Both the position numbers and the translations under genes were made by a program. The notes beneath the pieces were generated by a model. The model had not been told where the DNA came from, searched no databases, and saw only the letters and a list, made by a program, of their open reading frames with translations. DNA of 64,000 bases from Escherichia phage HildyBeyeler: sequence record MZ501074. One strand, 5' to 3'. The number at the start of each line of letters is the position of its first letter. Position 1 is the stretch's first letter. Below are positions 1 to 10,115 of this stretch, one piece after another.

Positions 1-420
1 AGAAATATCAATATCAAACGGAGTTGCCAGGTTCAACTGCTTCATGATAGACTGGATGCCTTTCAGAATAGTAGCCTTGACTTCCATTACTTTCAGTTTG
101 TTATCAGAACGGTCAATAACAAAGGCGATATAGTTTTTCTTCGGTTTCAGCGGAACACGATTACCATCTTTATCCAGCTCTTTCTCGAAGAAGCCCATCT
201 CATGAACCGGATCAGCTTTACCACGAACAAAGCTCTCTTTGTCACGGTTAAAACGGAGACATTCGAAAGGAGCTACGTTACCCTCTTTATTAGTCAGCCA
301 ATAGACATAACGTGGAAGAACACCAGAAACGATACGAACACGAGTGATGCCGTTGTTGAACTTCAGGAATTCGATTTTATCGTTAGAACCGCCAGTAGTT
401 TCGCCCCAAGACTTAGCCAT
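1..420 (-). CDS. hypothetical protein, N-terminal ~140 aa (gene runs past the window start)
   Basis: ATG at 418-420 on the minus strand, preceded by an AGAGGA RBS; frame is open to position 1; N-terminus MAKSWGETTGGSNDKIEF. Confidence 0.6.
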   Translation of the reverse strand, partial: MAKSWGETTGGSNDKIEFLKFNNGITRVRIVSGVLPRYVYWLTNKEGNVAPFECLRFNRDKESFVRGKADPVHEMGFFEKELDKDGNRVPLKPKKNYIAFVIDRSDNKLKVMEVKATILKGIQSIMKQLNLATPFDIDIS

Positions 421-697
421 ATTTTATTTCCTCTTTAAAGATTAATTTCGATTTGTTAATTGCGATTAGTGGGTTAGTGTCGATTACTAAACGTGGTATC
501 CATACTGGAACATATTGTATGTCCAAACTAGGATCGTTTGTAAACTTGTATTCGGCATAATTTCGTAGACTTAAAATTCCTAGATATTCTGCCAGTTGTC
601 TATTAGACAATTTATTTGGATTATCAACTATTGTTGATTCGTTCAAAATGAATGAGGAACCGACCAATAATTGGTGAGCATCAGGCTCTGTAAGCAT
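413..697 (-). CDS. hypothetical protein (94 aa)
   Basis: ORF track; sits downstream of two minus-strand promoters; weak RBS. Confidence 0.35.
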   Translation of the reverse strand: MLTEPDAHQLLVGSSFILNESTIVDNPNKLSNRQLAEYLGILSLRNYAEYKFTNDPSLDIQYVPVWIPRLVIDTNPLIAINKSKLIFKEEIKYG

Positions 698-804
698 TCT
701 TTTGAATAGCTTAATAATTAGGTCGGAATTTCCTCTAGCTAGTAAGTATAGCTTTTCATAATCGAAGAATTTAATTTTTGTTTTCTCCTCGAATTTATGT
801 ATAT

Positions 805-834
805 ATTATACTAGATTTCGAGAGAATTTAGCAA
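805..834 (-). promoter_or_regulatory. sigma70 promoter (TTGCTA, 18 bp, TATAAT)
   Basis: Consensus hexamers with downstream ATAAATTCGAG box. Confidence 0.55.
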
Positions 835-905
835 CTAAAATTTTTATTTTTCTGCTTCGGACTTTCTTATCAATCCGAAACTTTCTCTCTCAAATTTATG
901 TGTAT

Positions 906-934
906 ATTATACATCATTTATAAGCTGTTGCCAA
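906..934 (-). promoter_or_regulatory. sigma70 promoter (TTGGCA, 17 bp, TATAAT) inside the 3' end of the helicase gene
   Basis: Consensus hexamers with the conserved downstream box. Confidence 0.5.
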
Positions 935-2270
935 ATGCAATTTTAGCTAATTGAACTGCTTTCTCCGGAGTCATAGTAATAGTTTTCCACCCGTTGTTAC
1001 GATATACTGCCATACGTCCAGAAGCCTGTCTTAGTCCAGTGCCACCTTTCATAATTAGATCTACAACAATAGGGTCGAGTTTACCATCGACAATACGTTG
1101 AACACGACCTGCAAGCTGTTCAATGAGAGATTCATTATTAATAAGACTCCCAGTTATTAAACAAGACAGCTCGTTAAGTGAAATACCTTCAGAGAAGATG
1201 CTTTGAGCTGCTGCAAGCACACACGGCCCGCCTTTTGCTATATCTTCCTGAATTTTTAATCGGTCATCTAAGTGGGTTGCTCCTATAATTTCATATGTTG
1301 TAACACCACGCTGTGTAAGAGCTTCTAGTACTATTTGGATTAACTCTGTTCTATCACTTACAATGAGTACTTTATGCCCCATATTCACATATAAATGCGC
1401 TAGGTTTATAATAGTCTCTCGATATTCGGGGTGATTATACACATCGTTAGCACGTAATGCCCACGGTACGTTTTGATTTCCTGATAGCTCAACAGGCACG
1501 GAGTACCTATGAATTGTAGGTGCAACAGTATTATTAACAGGCGGGCTAAAGATCTTATATCCAAAGAAATCTTTGAACATAACTTGTAGACCATCTTTAC
1601 GTTTTAATGTTCCAGATAGTCCAATTTTATAGCGCGCACAGGATATTTCTAGGAAATTAGTGAAAGTTGTAGCCACACAATGGTGAACTTCATCAACTAT
1701 AACAGTGCCGAATACTTTAGAAAGATTATTCGCATGTTTATTCACTGTTTGAATATTACTAACTACAATTGGTGGATCAATATTGTATTTCCCAGAACCT
1801 ATGATGCCCGGTTCAAACCCAAACCATTTACGAACTTCTGCCGCCCACATCTCACGAATAGATGTGTTAGTACAAATTACCAGGGTTTTCTGGCCAAATT
1901 TATACGCAAGTGCGAGGGCTAGGATAGTTTTGCCAAATCCAGGCTTACCATTAATAATACAGGTATCATCACACTCTTCATATATTGGGAGCTGGTCTTC
2001 TTCACGCAGCTTGAACTTAGGTTTTGGTATATCTACCGGAGCTAATGTGCGTTTATCGACTAATTCGTATTTTATTCCTTTAGCATCTAATAAGTCCAGA
2101 CGCGTAATAGGAATCCACTTAATCTCTTTGGCAACAACACCACTATTCTTATACATAATAGGGTATTTACTGGTCATTGTCTCTATGTGATAAGTGGTTT
2201 GCTTACTACAATAATCCCAAAGTTCATCATCGGGCTTGAAATAGGCTTTATTAGATATAACAACCTTCAT
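918..2270 (-). CDS. SF2 ATP-dependent DNA helicase (450 aa)
   Basis: Walker A GKPGFGKT, Walker B-like VIVDEVHH, helicase C-terminal motifs. Confidence 0.75.
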   Translation of the reverse strand: MKVVISNKAYFKPDDELWDYCSKQTTYHIETMTSKYPIMYKNSGVVAKEIKWIPITRLDLLDAKGIKYELVDKRTLAPVDIPKPKFKLREEDQLPIYEECDDTCIINGKPGFGKTILALALAYKFGQKTLVICTNTSIREMWAAEVRKWFGFEPGIIGSGKYNIDPPIVVSNIQTVNKHANNLSKVFGTVIVDEVHHCVATTFTNFLEISCARYKIGLSGTLKRKDGLQVMFKDFFGYKIFSPPVNNTVAPTIHRYSVPVELSGNQNVPWALRANDVYNHPEYRETIINLAHLYVNMGHKVLIVSDRTELIQIVLEALTQRGVTTYEIIGATHLDDRLKIQEDIAKGGPCVLAAAQSIFSEGISLNELSCLITGSLINNESLIEQLAGRVQRIVDGKLDPIVVDLIMKGGTGLRQASGRMAVYRNNGWKTITMTPEKAVQLAKIAFGNSL

Positions 2271-2764
2271 AATTTTATTCTAAGTCTAGGAATTTCAGGC
2301 TCCTCTTGATGGACTTGATAAATAACAGGGCTATTATTTACCAGAATATAGCTTATATAAGCTGGAACATAGGATAATACAAATGGATAAGGGACTTTAG
2401 CCACATAGCATTGGTATTTTCCATTATAAATTCTAGCTGAATGCAAAACTTTAGAGGTGACAACATCATAAAACGTAGTTTTCTTCCAATTAATAAGATT
2501 TCCATCAGAATCTATAAACTGGTTACGCTTTGACCCAACTAATTGAGACAACATTGATATTCTACCCCTAATAGGATAGAGCTTGTATGGTAATTCTTTC
2601 CGTTTCTCAAATAGAATAAGCCTACGTTGAGAAAACGTGCCAGGCAACTTCCTGTTATCTAGCACATATTTATTATATCTTGTTGTAATTACGGAATAAT
2701 CACCTTCTTGCTCAATTGATACAAACGCCCGTAACGCATAGACGGGCAATTTGAAATTAAGCAC
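2267..2764 (-). CDS. hypothetical protein (165 aa)
   Basis: ORF coupled by start/stop overlap to the polymerase and helicase genes. Confidence 0.5.
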   Translation of the reverse strand: MLNFKLPVYALRAFVSIEQEGDYSVITTRYNKYVLDNRKLPGTFSQRRLILFEKRKELPYKLYPIRGRISMLSQLVGSKRNQFIDSDGNLINWKKTTFYDVVTSKVLHSARIYNGKYQCYVAKVPYPFVLSYVPAYISYILVNNSPVIYQVHQEEPEIPRLRIKL

Positions 2765-5324
2765 CGAGAATCCTTTTCACGTTATCCAGATCTTTACATA
2801 TAGCAATAAACTTATCGTCCTTGTACTTGCTATGATCTGGATGCTCTTTATCCATTGCAGCTAATTTCTTATACTCGAACTCTGCATCAAGTAATACACC
2901 CTTGACATAGCGAGTATATTCATCATCATCAATACAAGCGATTGATGGGTGCTGTTTCTTCATCTTACCACAAGAATAGTCACGAGAACCTCCAGCTTCA
3001 GAATCTGAATCAATACCAATCGGACAGCCAGGAATACTGATACCACGGTCTTTCTGAATATTACGAATCAGGATTTCATTGTATTGGTCGATTAAGTCTT
3101 CACGAACAATAGCAACTACGGAGTCATGAACCAGCATAACAATCTTCATCTCTTGCTCTAGGCCAAGAGAAATGATCTCATTATCTGCATCTACAGCACC
3201 TAAAAGGAGACTATCAGAAGAAGCAGACTGAATGATTGCGTTAAATCCAGAACGAATTTCTTCCCCCTGAACGCCACGATCTTCAGAATGGATATTATGC
3301 AGACGACGTTTACGACCAAAGTGACTATAGATAAATCCATGATTCTTGATCTGATCGTGGCACTTATCGATCCAACGCTTAAGCTGTGGGAATTGACCAA
3401 AGTAAGTCTCAATGTACTCTTTAGCATCTGCAACAGTACACTCTACAAACGGTTCCCCAGTTTTAGCTGCTTGTTCGAGCAATGCTTCGTTAACAGAATG
3501 TGCTACTTTAGCTGGGCCAGAACCATACAGAATACCAAAGGTGATTGCTTTAGCTGCTTGACGCAGAGCTGGGAATAACTTTTTAACATCACGAGGTTCG
3601 CATTGGAGCTTAAATACCATGTGTGCGATGTTAGAGTGGAAGTCAGGGTATTTATCAGGTTCATTTCTCATGTTGATAAATACTTGTTGCATATTTCTAT
3701 CACCAGATAGAGCAGCAGCATAATAAACTTCCGCAGTTGTTAAGTCCCACGCGATTACACGATACCCAGGAGGAGCTACTACACAACCCTTGATAATAGA
3801 TTCATCACGAGGTAACTGTTGCAGGTTCAGTTTACCAGAAGAACTCAGACGACCAGAAGTGGTCATATGTTCATGGAAACCAGTACGAATGCACCCATCT
3901 GCATCAATACTCAGAAGAATCTTCTCAACATAAGTAGAGATTAGCTTAGTCAGCTTACGAATCTCTAGCAGAGTTTTAGCAATTGGATGCTGCGTAGCCA
4001 GTTCATTCAGAGCTTCTGCATCCGTAGAATCTGCACCAGTATCTGTTAACTTACCAGTTGGAGTCAAACCAACATAATCGAACAGAAGAACACGAAGTTG
4101 TTTAACAGAGTTCGGGTTAAATGCTTCATTCTGATCTTGTTCTAGCTGTTTAACTTCTGGATAAGTGTACAGTTTCTCACGGGCTTTATTCAGGTTATGG
4201 GTTAACTGATACTGAGCTTCTTTCAAACGATCAATAGAGATAGGTACGCCACGATCTTCGACACGTTGTAAGAATACGCAACCAGGCATCAAAACATCGT
4301 AATACAGACTACAAAGTTTTTCATTCTTCTCAATCTTTGGTAAGAAGAAGTTGTGTAAACGTAGGGTAGCATCTGTATCTTTCGCAGCATATGGCCACAT
4401 AATATCAAATGGAATTAAATCATAGGTGAAATCTTCTTTCTTGATTTTATGTGCTTTGCAGTAATCATCTTTGAACTTATCTAGTTCGAAGTCATAGTCA
4501 CCCATATCGGTATACTTCATTGCTAGGGATTTCAAGCCATGAGTACCCCGACGTTCGTCTAGAACATAGTGCTGCAACATGGTATCATGGAGCCTGCGTT
4601 CTTTATGTGCTTTATCAAAAGTAAGCCCCAGATGGTACTTATAAAAGTGCATATCAAACTTTAAGTTGTGAAAAACAATAGTGTGGTTTTCACTATCTAG
4701 AATTTTCTGGAGATAATATACTGCAACCTCTGTGAGACAATCAGAATCGATATATACACCCTGATATTCTTGGTGAGATATAGAAACACCAAGCAGATAA
4801 CCATCTCGACAGTATAGTGCTGAGGTTTCGGAGTCGAATGCGACGGGTCCGATAACCATATTATACACCATCTTGATATATTCTTCCGCCTCGTCAGGGT
4901 CAGTAATAGGACGGTAATCACCAGCTTTTGCAATCTTCTCACGACCATTGATAATATCGTGGATATTCTCTACTGTTGCATCAAAAACTGGTTTCATTTC
5001 AGGCTTAAAGTGTAACTGGGCTGGGCTGATACTCGCAATCCAGTTAGCATATCCATTATATTCTACACGTTTACCAGTATAGTCACCAATGCCTTTCTTA
5101 CCTGCGAAATACAGGAAAGGTTCAGCACCTACTAGTATAACAAAATCATAATCATTCGGATCAAACGGGTTTTCTGGTGTTCCAATAGTAATGTGCTTTT
5201 TAAGCAAACGACCAGATAACTTCTCGTTACACATATGGAATACATCAACTTCCTCGCCGTATAGCTGGAAATGTTTATCGTAACGAGTGTTACTTAGAGC
5301 TTTATCAACTACTGCGATTTTCAA
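2757..5324 (-). CDS. DNA polymerase, family A (855 aa), probable TTG start
   Basis: 3'-5' exonuclease and polymerase motifs (KAITFGILYGSG, LVHDS); 855 aa as in T5 DNA polymerase; GAGGAG RBS. Confidence 0.9.
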   Translation of the reverse strand: MKIAVVDKALSNTRYDKHFQLYGEEVDVFHMCNEKLSGRLLKKHITIGTPENPFDPNDYDFVILVGAEPFLYFAGKKGIGDYTGKRVEYNGYANWIASISPAQLHFKPEMKPVFDATVENIHDIINGREKIAKAGDYRPITDPDEAEEYIKMVYNMVIGPVAFDSETSALYCRDGYLLGVSISHQEYQGVYIDSDCLTEVAVYYLQKILDSENHTIVFHNLKFDMHFYKYHLGLTFDKAHKERRLHDTMLQHYVLDERRGTHGLKSLAMKYTDMGDYDFELDKFKDDYCKAHKIKKEDFTYDLIPFDIMWPYAAKDTDATLRLHNFFLPKIEKNEKLCSLYYDVLMPGCVFLQRVEDRGVPISIDRLKEAQYQLTHNLNKAREKLYTYPEVKQLEQDQNEAFNPNSVKQLRVLLFDYVGLTPTGKLTDTGADSTDAEALNELATQHPIAKTLLEIRKLTKLISTYVEKILLSIDADGCIRTGFHEHMTTSGRLSSSGKLNLQQLPRDESIIKGCVVAPPGYRVIAWDLTTAEVYYAAALSGDRNMQQVFINMRNEPDKYPDFHSNIAHMVFKLQCEPRDVKKLFPALRQAAKAITFGILYGSGPAKVAHSVNEALLEQAAKTGEPFVECTVADAKEYIETYFGQFPQLKRWIDKCHDQIKNHGFIYSHFGRKRRLHNIHSEDRGVQGEEIRSGFNAIIQSASSDSLLLGAVDADNEIISLGLEQEMKIVMLVHDSVVAIVREDLIDQYNEILIRNIQKDRGISIPGCPIGIDSDSEAGGSRDYSCGKMKKQHPSIACIDDDEYTRYVKGVLLDAEFEYKKLAAMDKEHPDHSKYKDDKFIAICKDLDNVKRILGA

Positions 5325-5385
5325 ATTTAATCTCCTCTTGGTAAGTAAGTATAACTTCAGTGTTTCTTCTCTAACTTACCAATAT

Positions 5386-5415
5386 ATTATACCAAATCTT
5401 TAAGCGATTCAGCAA
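5386..5415 (-). promoter_or_regulatory. sigma70 promoter upstream of the DNA polymerase gene (TTGCTG, 18 bp, TATAAT)
   Basis: Hexamers overlap the 3' end of the primase gene. Confidence 0.5.
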
Positions 5416-6277
5416 CTAAAATTTCAATACGTTTTGCTAACATATCAATTTCATCTTTGTTTAAATCACCTGGATCCTTGCCTTCTGGCAGAAGAAAGTT
5501 AGCCACTACAGGTGTTAAACGCGTTTTTGTACGAATTAGCTTGGCCAATGCTTGTGCAGCTTTATTACCAGAAGCATCATTATCTAGTAAGATAACAACA
5601 ACTTTTACACCGGCAATAATATAAGGACTGAACTTATCTGCAATGTTATCCGAAGTAAACTGATGGGTACCAAAGCAGCAAGAAGCATAGTCTATACCAT
5701 TATCCTCTAGGTTCAGCATATCAAAGATGCCTTCAACTAGAATAAGAACTGGAGTATTATATCGTACAGGAAAAATTGGCGGTGAAACTTGTTTTGGTTT
5801 TACTAAGTATTTAGGAGGGGCAGAACTGTTTATAGAACGACCCAAAAATAGGATATTGCGTCCAACAGCATCTGTGATTGGGAATACAATTCTGCCTTCC
5901 CAGCTCTCTTGGTGTTGGAAAGCAAAATATTTCTTCAAGGTCTTAGAACTGATACCTCGGAAATCACCTTCGAAAAGGCAGGCAGACTCAGGTATTGCAA
6001 GATTCATAGATCCATTTCTAATTTCTGAAATCTTTTTTCGTACCTGTGATAGTCTTGGGGACTGTCGGTACTGAGCCTCATTAAAATAATGGTAAATGCT
6101 CGGTATACCTTTACCGAAGCCACAACTCAAGCAGTGCATGACCCCTGACTCGGGGTCAATACGTAGACTTGGATGTTTATCATCATGTTCAGGATTCAGG
6201 CAGCATATAAGAATATCCCCGCCTGTATCCTTGTACTCAATTCCTTTTAGATCAAGTAGTTCTGTTATTCTACTCAT
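5387..6277 (-). CDS. DNA primase, DnaG-like (296 aa)
   Basis: Zinc-binding Cys/His cluster (CLNPEHDDKHP...CLSCGFGKG) and TOPRIM-like EGIFDMLNLED. Confidence 0.75.
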   Translation of the reverse strand: MSRITELLDLKGIEYKDTGGDILICCLNPEHDDKHPSLRIDPESGVMHCLSCGFGKGIPSIYHYFNEAQYRQSPRLSQVRKKISEIRNGSMNLAIPESACLFEGDFRGISSKTLKKYFAFQHQESWEGRIVFPITDAVGRNILFLGRSINSSAPPKYLVKPKQVSPPIFPVRYNTPVLILVEGIFDMLNLEDNGIDYASCCFGTHQFTSDNIADKFSPYIIAGVKVVVILLDNDASGNKAAQALAKLIRTKTRLTPVVANFLLPEGKDPGDLNKDEIDMLAKRIEILVAESLKDLV

Positions 6278-7740
6278 ATATCGCTGGCCTGTTCACCTGT
6301 TGAATTTTCAGTTTTATCTTTCTTAGCACGTTTAGATTGAGCTGGCTTATCCTTTTCAATAGGGATAATGAACTCAGCTTCCATTTGAGATATATCTTCC
6401 ATTGCTAGGTTGGTAGTGTTATCCATCCGCAGAGTTTCCCAGTTCATCTTAGGCATAAACTTCACGCTACCAGAAGAACGGGTCTTAACGAAGTCAAACA
6501 TAATAGCACCTTGACCATTATCAGCTTTTGCAGCATTAAGATTAGCAGCCATGTCTGCGGAATCAAGAATCCCCTTTGACATACGTGTTCTACCATCTTG
6601 ATCGATCTGGTAAGGAGCTACGCCAGCCACGTTATGTTTCTGGCAGATAGATTTGAAAGACGAGCTAACAACCATCTGTTCTTTCCAGTCATACATATCA
6701 ATGGTTTTAGAATCTGGAAGTCGGGTTTGGTTAATATAGTCAAGTAAAGCTACTGTAACCTTATCCCCATATCTAGCAACTAATTTATTTAACTCTACGT
6801 CAACTGTTGTAATAGACAGCTCAGGGTCATAAACAATAATCATAGGAGTATGTAGCTCATATCCTTCTATTAGCTTACTTTCCATATCGTAGAAATCACT
6901 CATCTTAGCCATTGTGTACTGTTTAACGAAGTTATCGAAAAGCTCTTCACCACCATTAAACATTCTAGCTCTAGTTCTGGCTAATCTCAACAGAGCTGCA
7001 CCTTCTAGAGTATTATTACGCATTGCTAATGCTGATACACCAGCTAACATGGCTAGATTACGTCTAAATACTTCATGTTCTTTCATCTCAATTGAGAAGT
7101 ATGGAGCAATATCCCCATTCAAATATTGCTGAACCTGTATGTTTGAACAGATAATGGATTTACCAGTACCACGCCAACCACCAAGCAGTAACGTTTCTGT
7201 GCGAGCTAAACCAATTTGAGCGTCGAACTCATTACAAATACCAAGAGCGATTAAATTCAGTTTGGTATCTTCTTCTCTCTGGAAAATACGCATGTTATCT
7301 GCGTTGAATACTTTCCCAGTATTCGTTACTTTCTCTTCTAATTTTAAGTGAAGGGAGGCAACTCGGTTAAGAATTTCTCCCTGATCCAGCATTGTTAAAT
7401 CTTGAAGCACGTCTGTTTCTAGAAGCTTCAGGAATAAATCCTGTGTATACTCGGCCTCTAGGACTTCAAGTGCCTGTTCCATGCTAACTTCTGGAATTTG
7501 AGTGTTAGCTAAAACGACTAGAGCTTGAGAAAGGCGGGCGTTCCTATTAGCCTCAAGCATCAGTGCGTCAATGGACGGCATTGTGTTATATTTTTTATAA
7601 TAATTCTGGACGGCTTGGTAAATTGAGGAGAAAGCGTCATTAAAATGATCTTTATGCAGTTTTGAGAATGTTTCCAATGCTATTTGCTTCTGTTCGGAAG
7701 CTAGAAGCATCTTCAACACTACAGCTTGCACGTTAAACAT
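6274..7740 (-). CDS. replicative DNA helicase, DnaB-like (488 aa)
   Basis: RecA-like core with P-loop GGWRGTGKS; adjacent and translationally coupled to the primase gene. Confidence 0.65.
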   Translation of the reverse strand: MFNVQAVVLKMLLASEQKQIALETFSKLHKDHFNDAFSSIYQAVQNYYKKYNTMPSIDALMLEANRNARLSQALVVLANTQIPEVSMEQALEVLEAEYTQDLFLKLLETDVLQDLTMLDQGEILNRVASLHLKLEEKVTNTGKVFNADNMRIFQREEDTKLNLIALGICNEFDAQIGLARTETLLLGGWRGTGKSIICSNIQVQQYLNGDIAPYFSIEMKEHEVFRRNLAMLAGVSALAMRNNTLEGAALLRLARTRARMFNGGEELFDNFVKQYTMAKMSDFYDMESKLIEGYELHTPMIIVYDPELSITTVDVELNKLVARYGDKVTVALLDYINQTRLPDSKTIDMYDWKEQMVVSSSFKSICQKHNVAGVAPYQIDQDGRTRMSKGILDSADMAANLNAAKADNGQGAIMFDFVKTRSSGSVKFMPKMNWETLRMDNTTNLAMEDISQMEAEFIIPIEKDKPAQSKRAKKDKTENSTGEQASDI

Positions 7741-8314
7741 TATTTAGCAACTCCTCTGTAAAGTTATCCGCTATATTCTGCGGTTTAACCCTCTCTATAT
7801 CTAGAGCATCTAGGGCTGCGAAATCTCCGTACAAGGCTAAAAGCAGCTTATCTCTATACCACAGAGCTTCTCCTAGAGTTTTTAGGGTTTTTCTAAATAC
7901 TTTGGAGTTTTTAGATATGGTTACTTTAAATGTGTTATTTTTTGTTACTTCTATGTTACGAATGCCTAGCTTGTTACCTATAAAGCTATTAGCGGAATTT
8001 TGAGAGGAAGTAACTTCACGTAAGTTATTCCAAGTATTATCAGTTTTAATTCTATTTTTATGATCAACCTTGTCAGGGATTTCTCCTTCCATATATAGAA
8101 AGGCCCACCTATGCGCTCCCATAGATTTTTGTATACCTGACTCTAAGGTTATCTTTATGTAAATATAGCCTGATGAATGCATATAGCCTGCAGGTTTGTT
8201 AGCGTGCTTAGCATTGAACGCAGGATTATTTTCTCTAGGTAGCCAGTAGAAATTTCCAGTATCAGGCTCATATCTTAATAATGTTTTAAGATACTGCTGG
8301 GTAATCTCCCCCAT
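7733..8314 (-). CDS. HNH homing endonuclease (193 aa)
   Basis: HNH motif VDHKNRIKTDNTWNNLR plus an AP2-like C-terminal segment. Confidence 0.8.
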   Translation of the reverse strand: MGEITQQYLKTLLRYEPDTGNFYWLPRENNPAFNAKHANKPAGYMHSSGYIYIKITLESGIQKSMGAHRWAFLYMEGEIPDKVDHKNRIKTDNTWNNLREVTSSQNSANSFIGNKLGIRNIEVTKNNTFKVTISKNSKVFRKTLKTLGEALWYRDKLLLALYGDFAALDALDIERVKPQNIADNFTEELLNNV

Positions 8315-8373
8315 TATGTAGCCTTCTAATATACAAGAAAGGAGAACCGAAGTTCTCCTTATCTGCCTTCTAA

Positions 8374-9141
8374 TTATTCAGCAGCCGCAGCTTTTGCATC
8401 CAGTTTAGCACGCTTAGCGGCACCATCATAGTCCTTAGCAACCAGACCACGACGAGACAGCATAGATTTAACACCGCGCTCAGACTTACCAGTTTTCTCA
8501 GCGATCTCAGCAACAGTCATGTTAACCAGATCCAGACCTTCTAACAGATCTTCACGAGTTTTAGCACTTGAGGTTTCCTGTACCGGCATAGCAGCGATAC
8601 GACCTTCACGAAGCAGACTCAGAGCTTTACCACGGATCTGTTTGATATTACGACCGAAGTGAGCAGCGATAGCTTCAATAGTAGCCCCAGCAACAACCTG
8701 ATTAACAAAGTCAGTTTCTTCATCCGGAGTGAAGGAACGAACAGCAGCAGTTTTTTCGGTTGGTTTAACAGAAGCGGTCATTTCCAGACTCAGGATCTTA
8801 CCCTGTACCTGTTTAGCACCGAACTGACCACCAGCCACAGCAGCAGCGATTTCAGCATAAGTATACTGACCAGCATGAGCGTTCAGGAAATCAACCAGTT
8901 CAGCTTCCTGCTCAGGAGTCCACGGGGATTTCTGTACTTCGTTAGCTTTCTGTACTTCAAAACCTTCTTTACGCAGTTTAGAGCCAACAGAGCGAGCAGT
9001 AACATCTTTGCCAGTTTCAGCAGCCAGTTCAGCGGCGATAGCAGCTACTTGTTCTTGAGAGATTACATCAACACCCAGAGCAGTGGCTTTTGCTTTCAGA
9101 GACTCGGTTACACCTTCTACGTTCCAGTTCAGTTTAGACAT
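8374..9141 (-). CDS. DNA-binding protein with three tandem HTH-like repeats (255 aa)
   Basis: Three internal repeats of the form TxAEIAxxxGxxxxxxxGKxLSL; Ala-rich. Confidence 0.5.
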   Translation of the reverse strand: MSKLNWNVEGVTESLKAKATALGVDVISQEQVAAIAAELAAETGKDVTARSVGSKLRKEGFEVQKANEVQKSPWTPEQEAELVDFLNAHAGQYTYAEIAAAVAGGQFGAKQVQGKILSLEMTASVKPTEKTAAVRSFTPDEETDFVNQVVAGATIEAIAAHFGRNIKQIRGKALSLLREGRIAAMPVQETSSAKTREDLLEGLDLVNMTVAEIAEKTGKSERGVKSMLSRRGLVAKDYDGAAKRAKLDAKAAAAE

Positions 9142-9916
9142 TATTATTTTTCTCCAATAGTTCTTTAATCGACAGGATTTCTATCCCATTCGTTTCGGCT
9201 TTCTTATAAGATGAGGAAGAACGCTTCGATTCATCCTCACAGATTAGGTATTTGACGTCTTTGGTAACGGATTTCTTAACCGTATATCCTAGACCTTCTA
9301 AATAGTTTGTTGCATCCGTTCTATTTGCAAAATCTTGCAAAGATCCGGTAATACATACCGCGATTCCATTTGGCTGGGCAGCTAATTCATCCGTAGTGAT
9401 AATATTAGCTTTAGTGCCCTTAATACCAGTTGAGAATTTCCACGGTAGTTCGATAACATCCTTGCCTTGTGGGGAATTTAGCCAGGCTTTGTAATTTTCT
9501 CCAGCCTTGCCGTCAGCCTTCACATCATGGAAGCTAGTGCAATTTTGGGATAATTTCTTTGCTGCAACCTCTCCAATTAGAGGGATTCCTAAAGAACCGA
9601 GAACTGAACCAAAGTCAATGTCTCCGCGAACTTTAGTATTTAATTCGCTAGTTAACTTAGCGGCAACCTTGCTACCCACGGCTCTAACCAAATCTTCTTC
9701 GGTTAGGTAAAATAGTTCTGAAATCTTCGTCAGCTCCAGCTTCTCAATAGTTTTTGGGCCAAAGCCCTTTAACTTCATTTTTGAACAGAAGTTCTCAATT
9801 AACTTGCTTGATTGCGCTGGACAGTTGGACTTATTACGACAGAATAATTGTCCGTTGACAAGATCTAGCTTAGAACCACAAGAGGGACATTGTGTTGGAA
9901 TTTCGATTTTCATCAA
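9134..9916 (-). CDS. ligB: NAD-dependent DNA ligase, C-terminal subunit (zinc finger, HhH, BRCT)
   Basis: N-terminal Cys4 zinc finger CPSCGS...CRNKSNC, helix-hairpin-helix region and BRCT-like C-terminus. Confidence 0.8.
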   Translation of the reverse strand: MMKIEIPTQCPSCGSKLDLVNGQLFCRNKSNCPAQSSKLIENFCSKMKLKGFGPKTIEKLELTKISELFYLTEEDLVRAVGSKVAAKLTSELNTKVRGDIDFGSVLGSLGIPLIGEVAAKKLSQNCTSFHDVKADGKAGENYKAWLNSPQGKDVIELPWKFSTGIKGTKANIITTDELAAQPNGIAVCITGSLQDFANRTDATNYLEGLGYTVKKSVTKDVKYLICEDESKRSSSSYKKAETNGIEILSIKELLEKNNNV

Positions 9917-9943
9917 ATTTCTTCCTTATCAATTTATATAAAT

Positions 9944-9972
9944 ATTATAGCAAGTATTTAAGCATTTAGCAA
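9944..9972 (-). promoter_or_regulatory. sigma70 promoter between the two ligase genes (TTGCTA, 17 bp, TATAAT)
   Basis: Consensus hexamers followed by AAGGAAG RBS and the ligB start. Confidence 0.65.
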
Positions 9973-10115
9973 CTACAATTTTAATTAACTTTGCTTACCC
10001 TCGCCATAACTTTCTATCCCTCAACTGAATGATAATAGTATATACCTAAGCGGCGAAAATGTCAATAACCACTTTATAATTCCGATATGGTAGATGGGTA
10101 GCAAAGGGTTATGTA

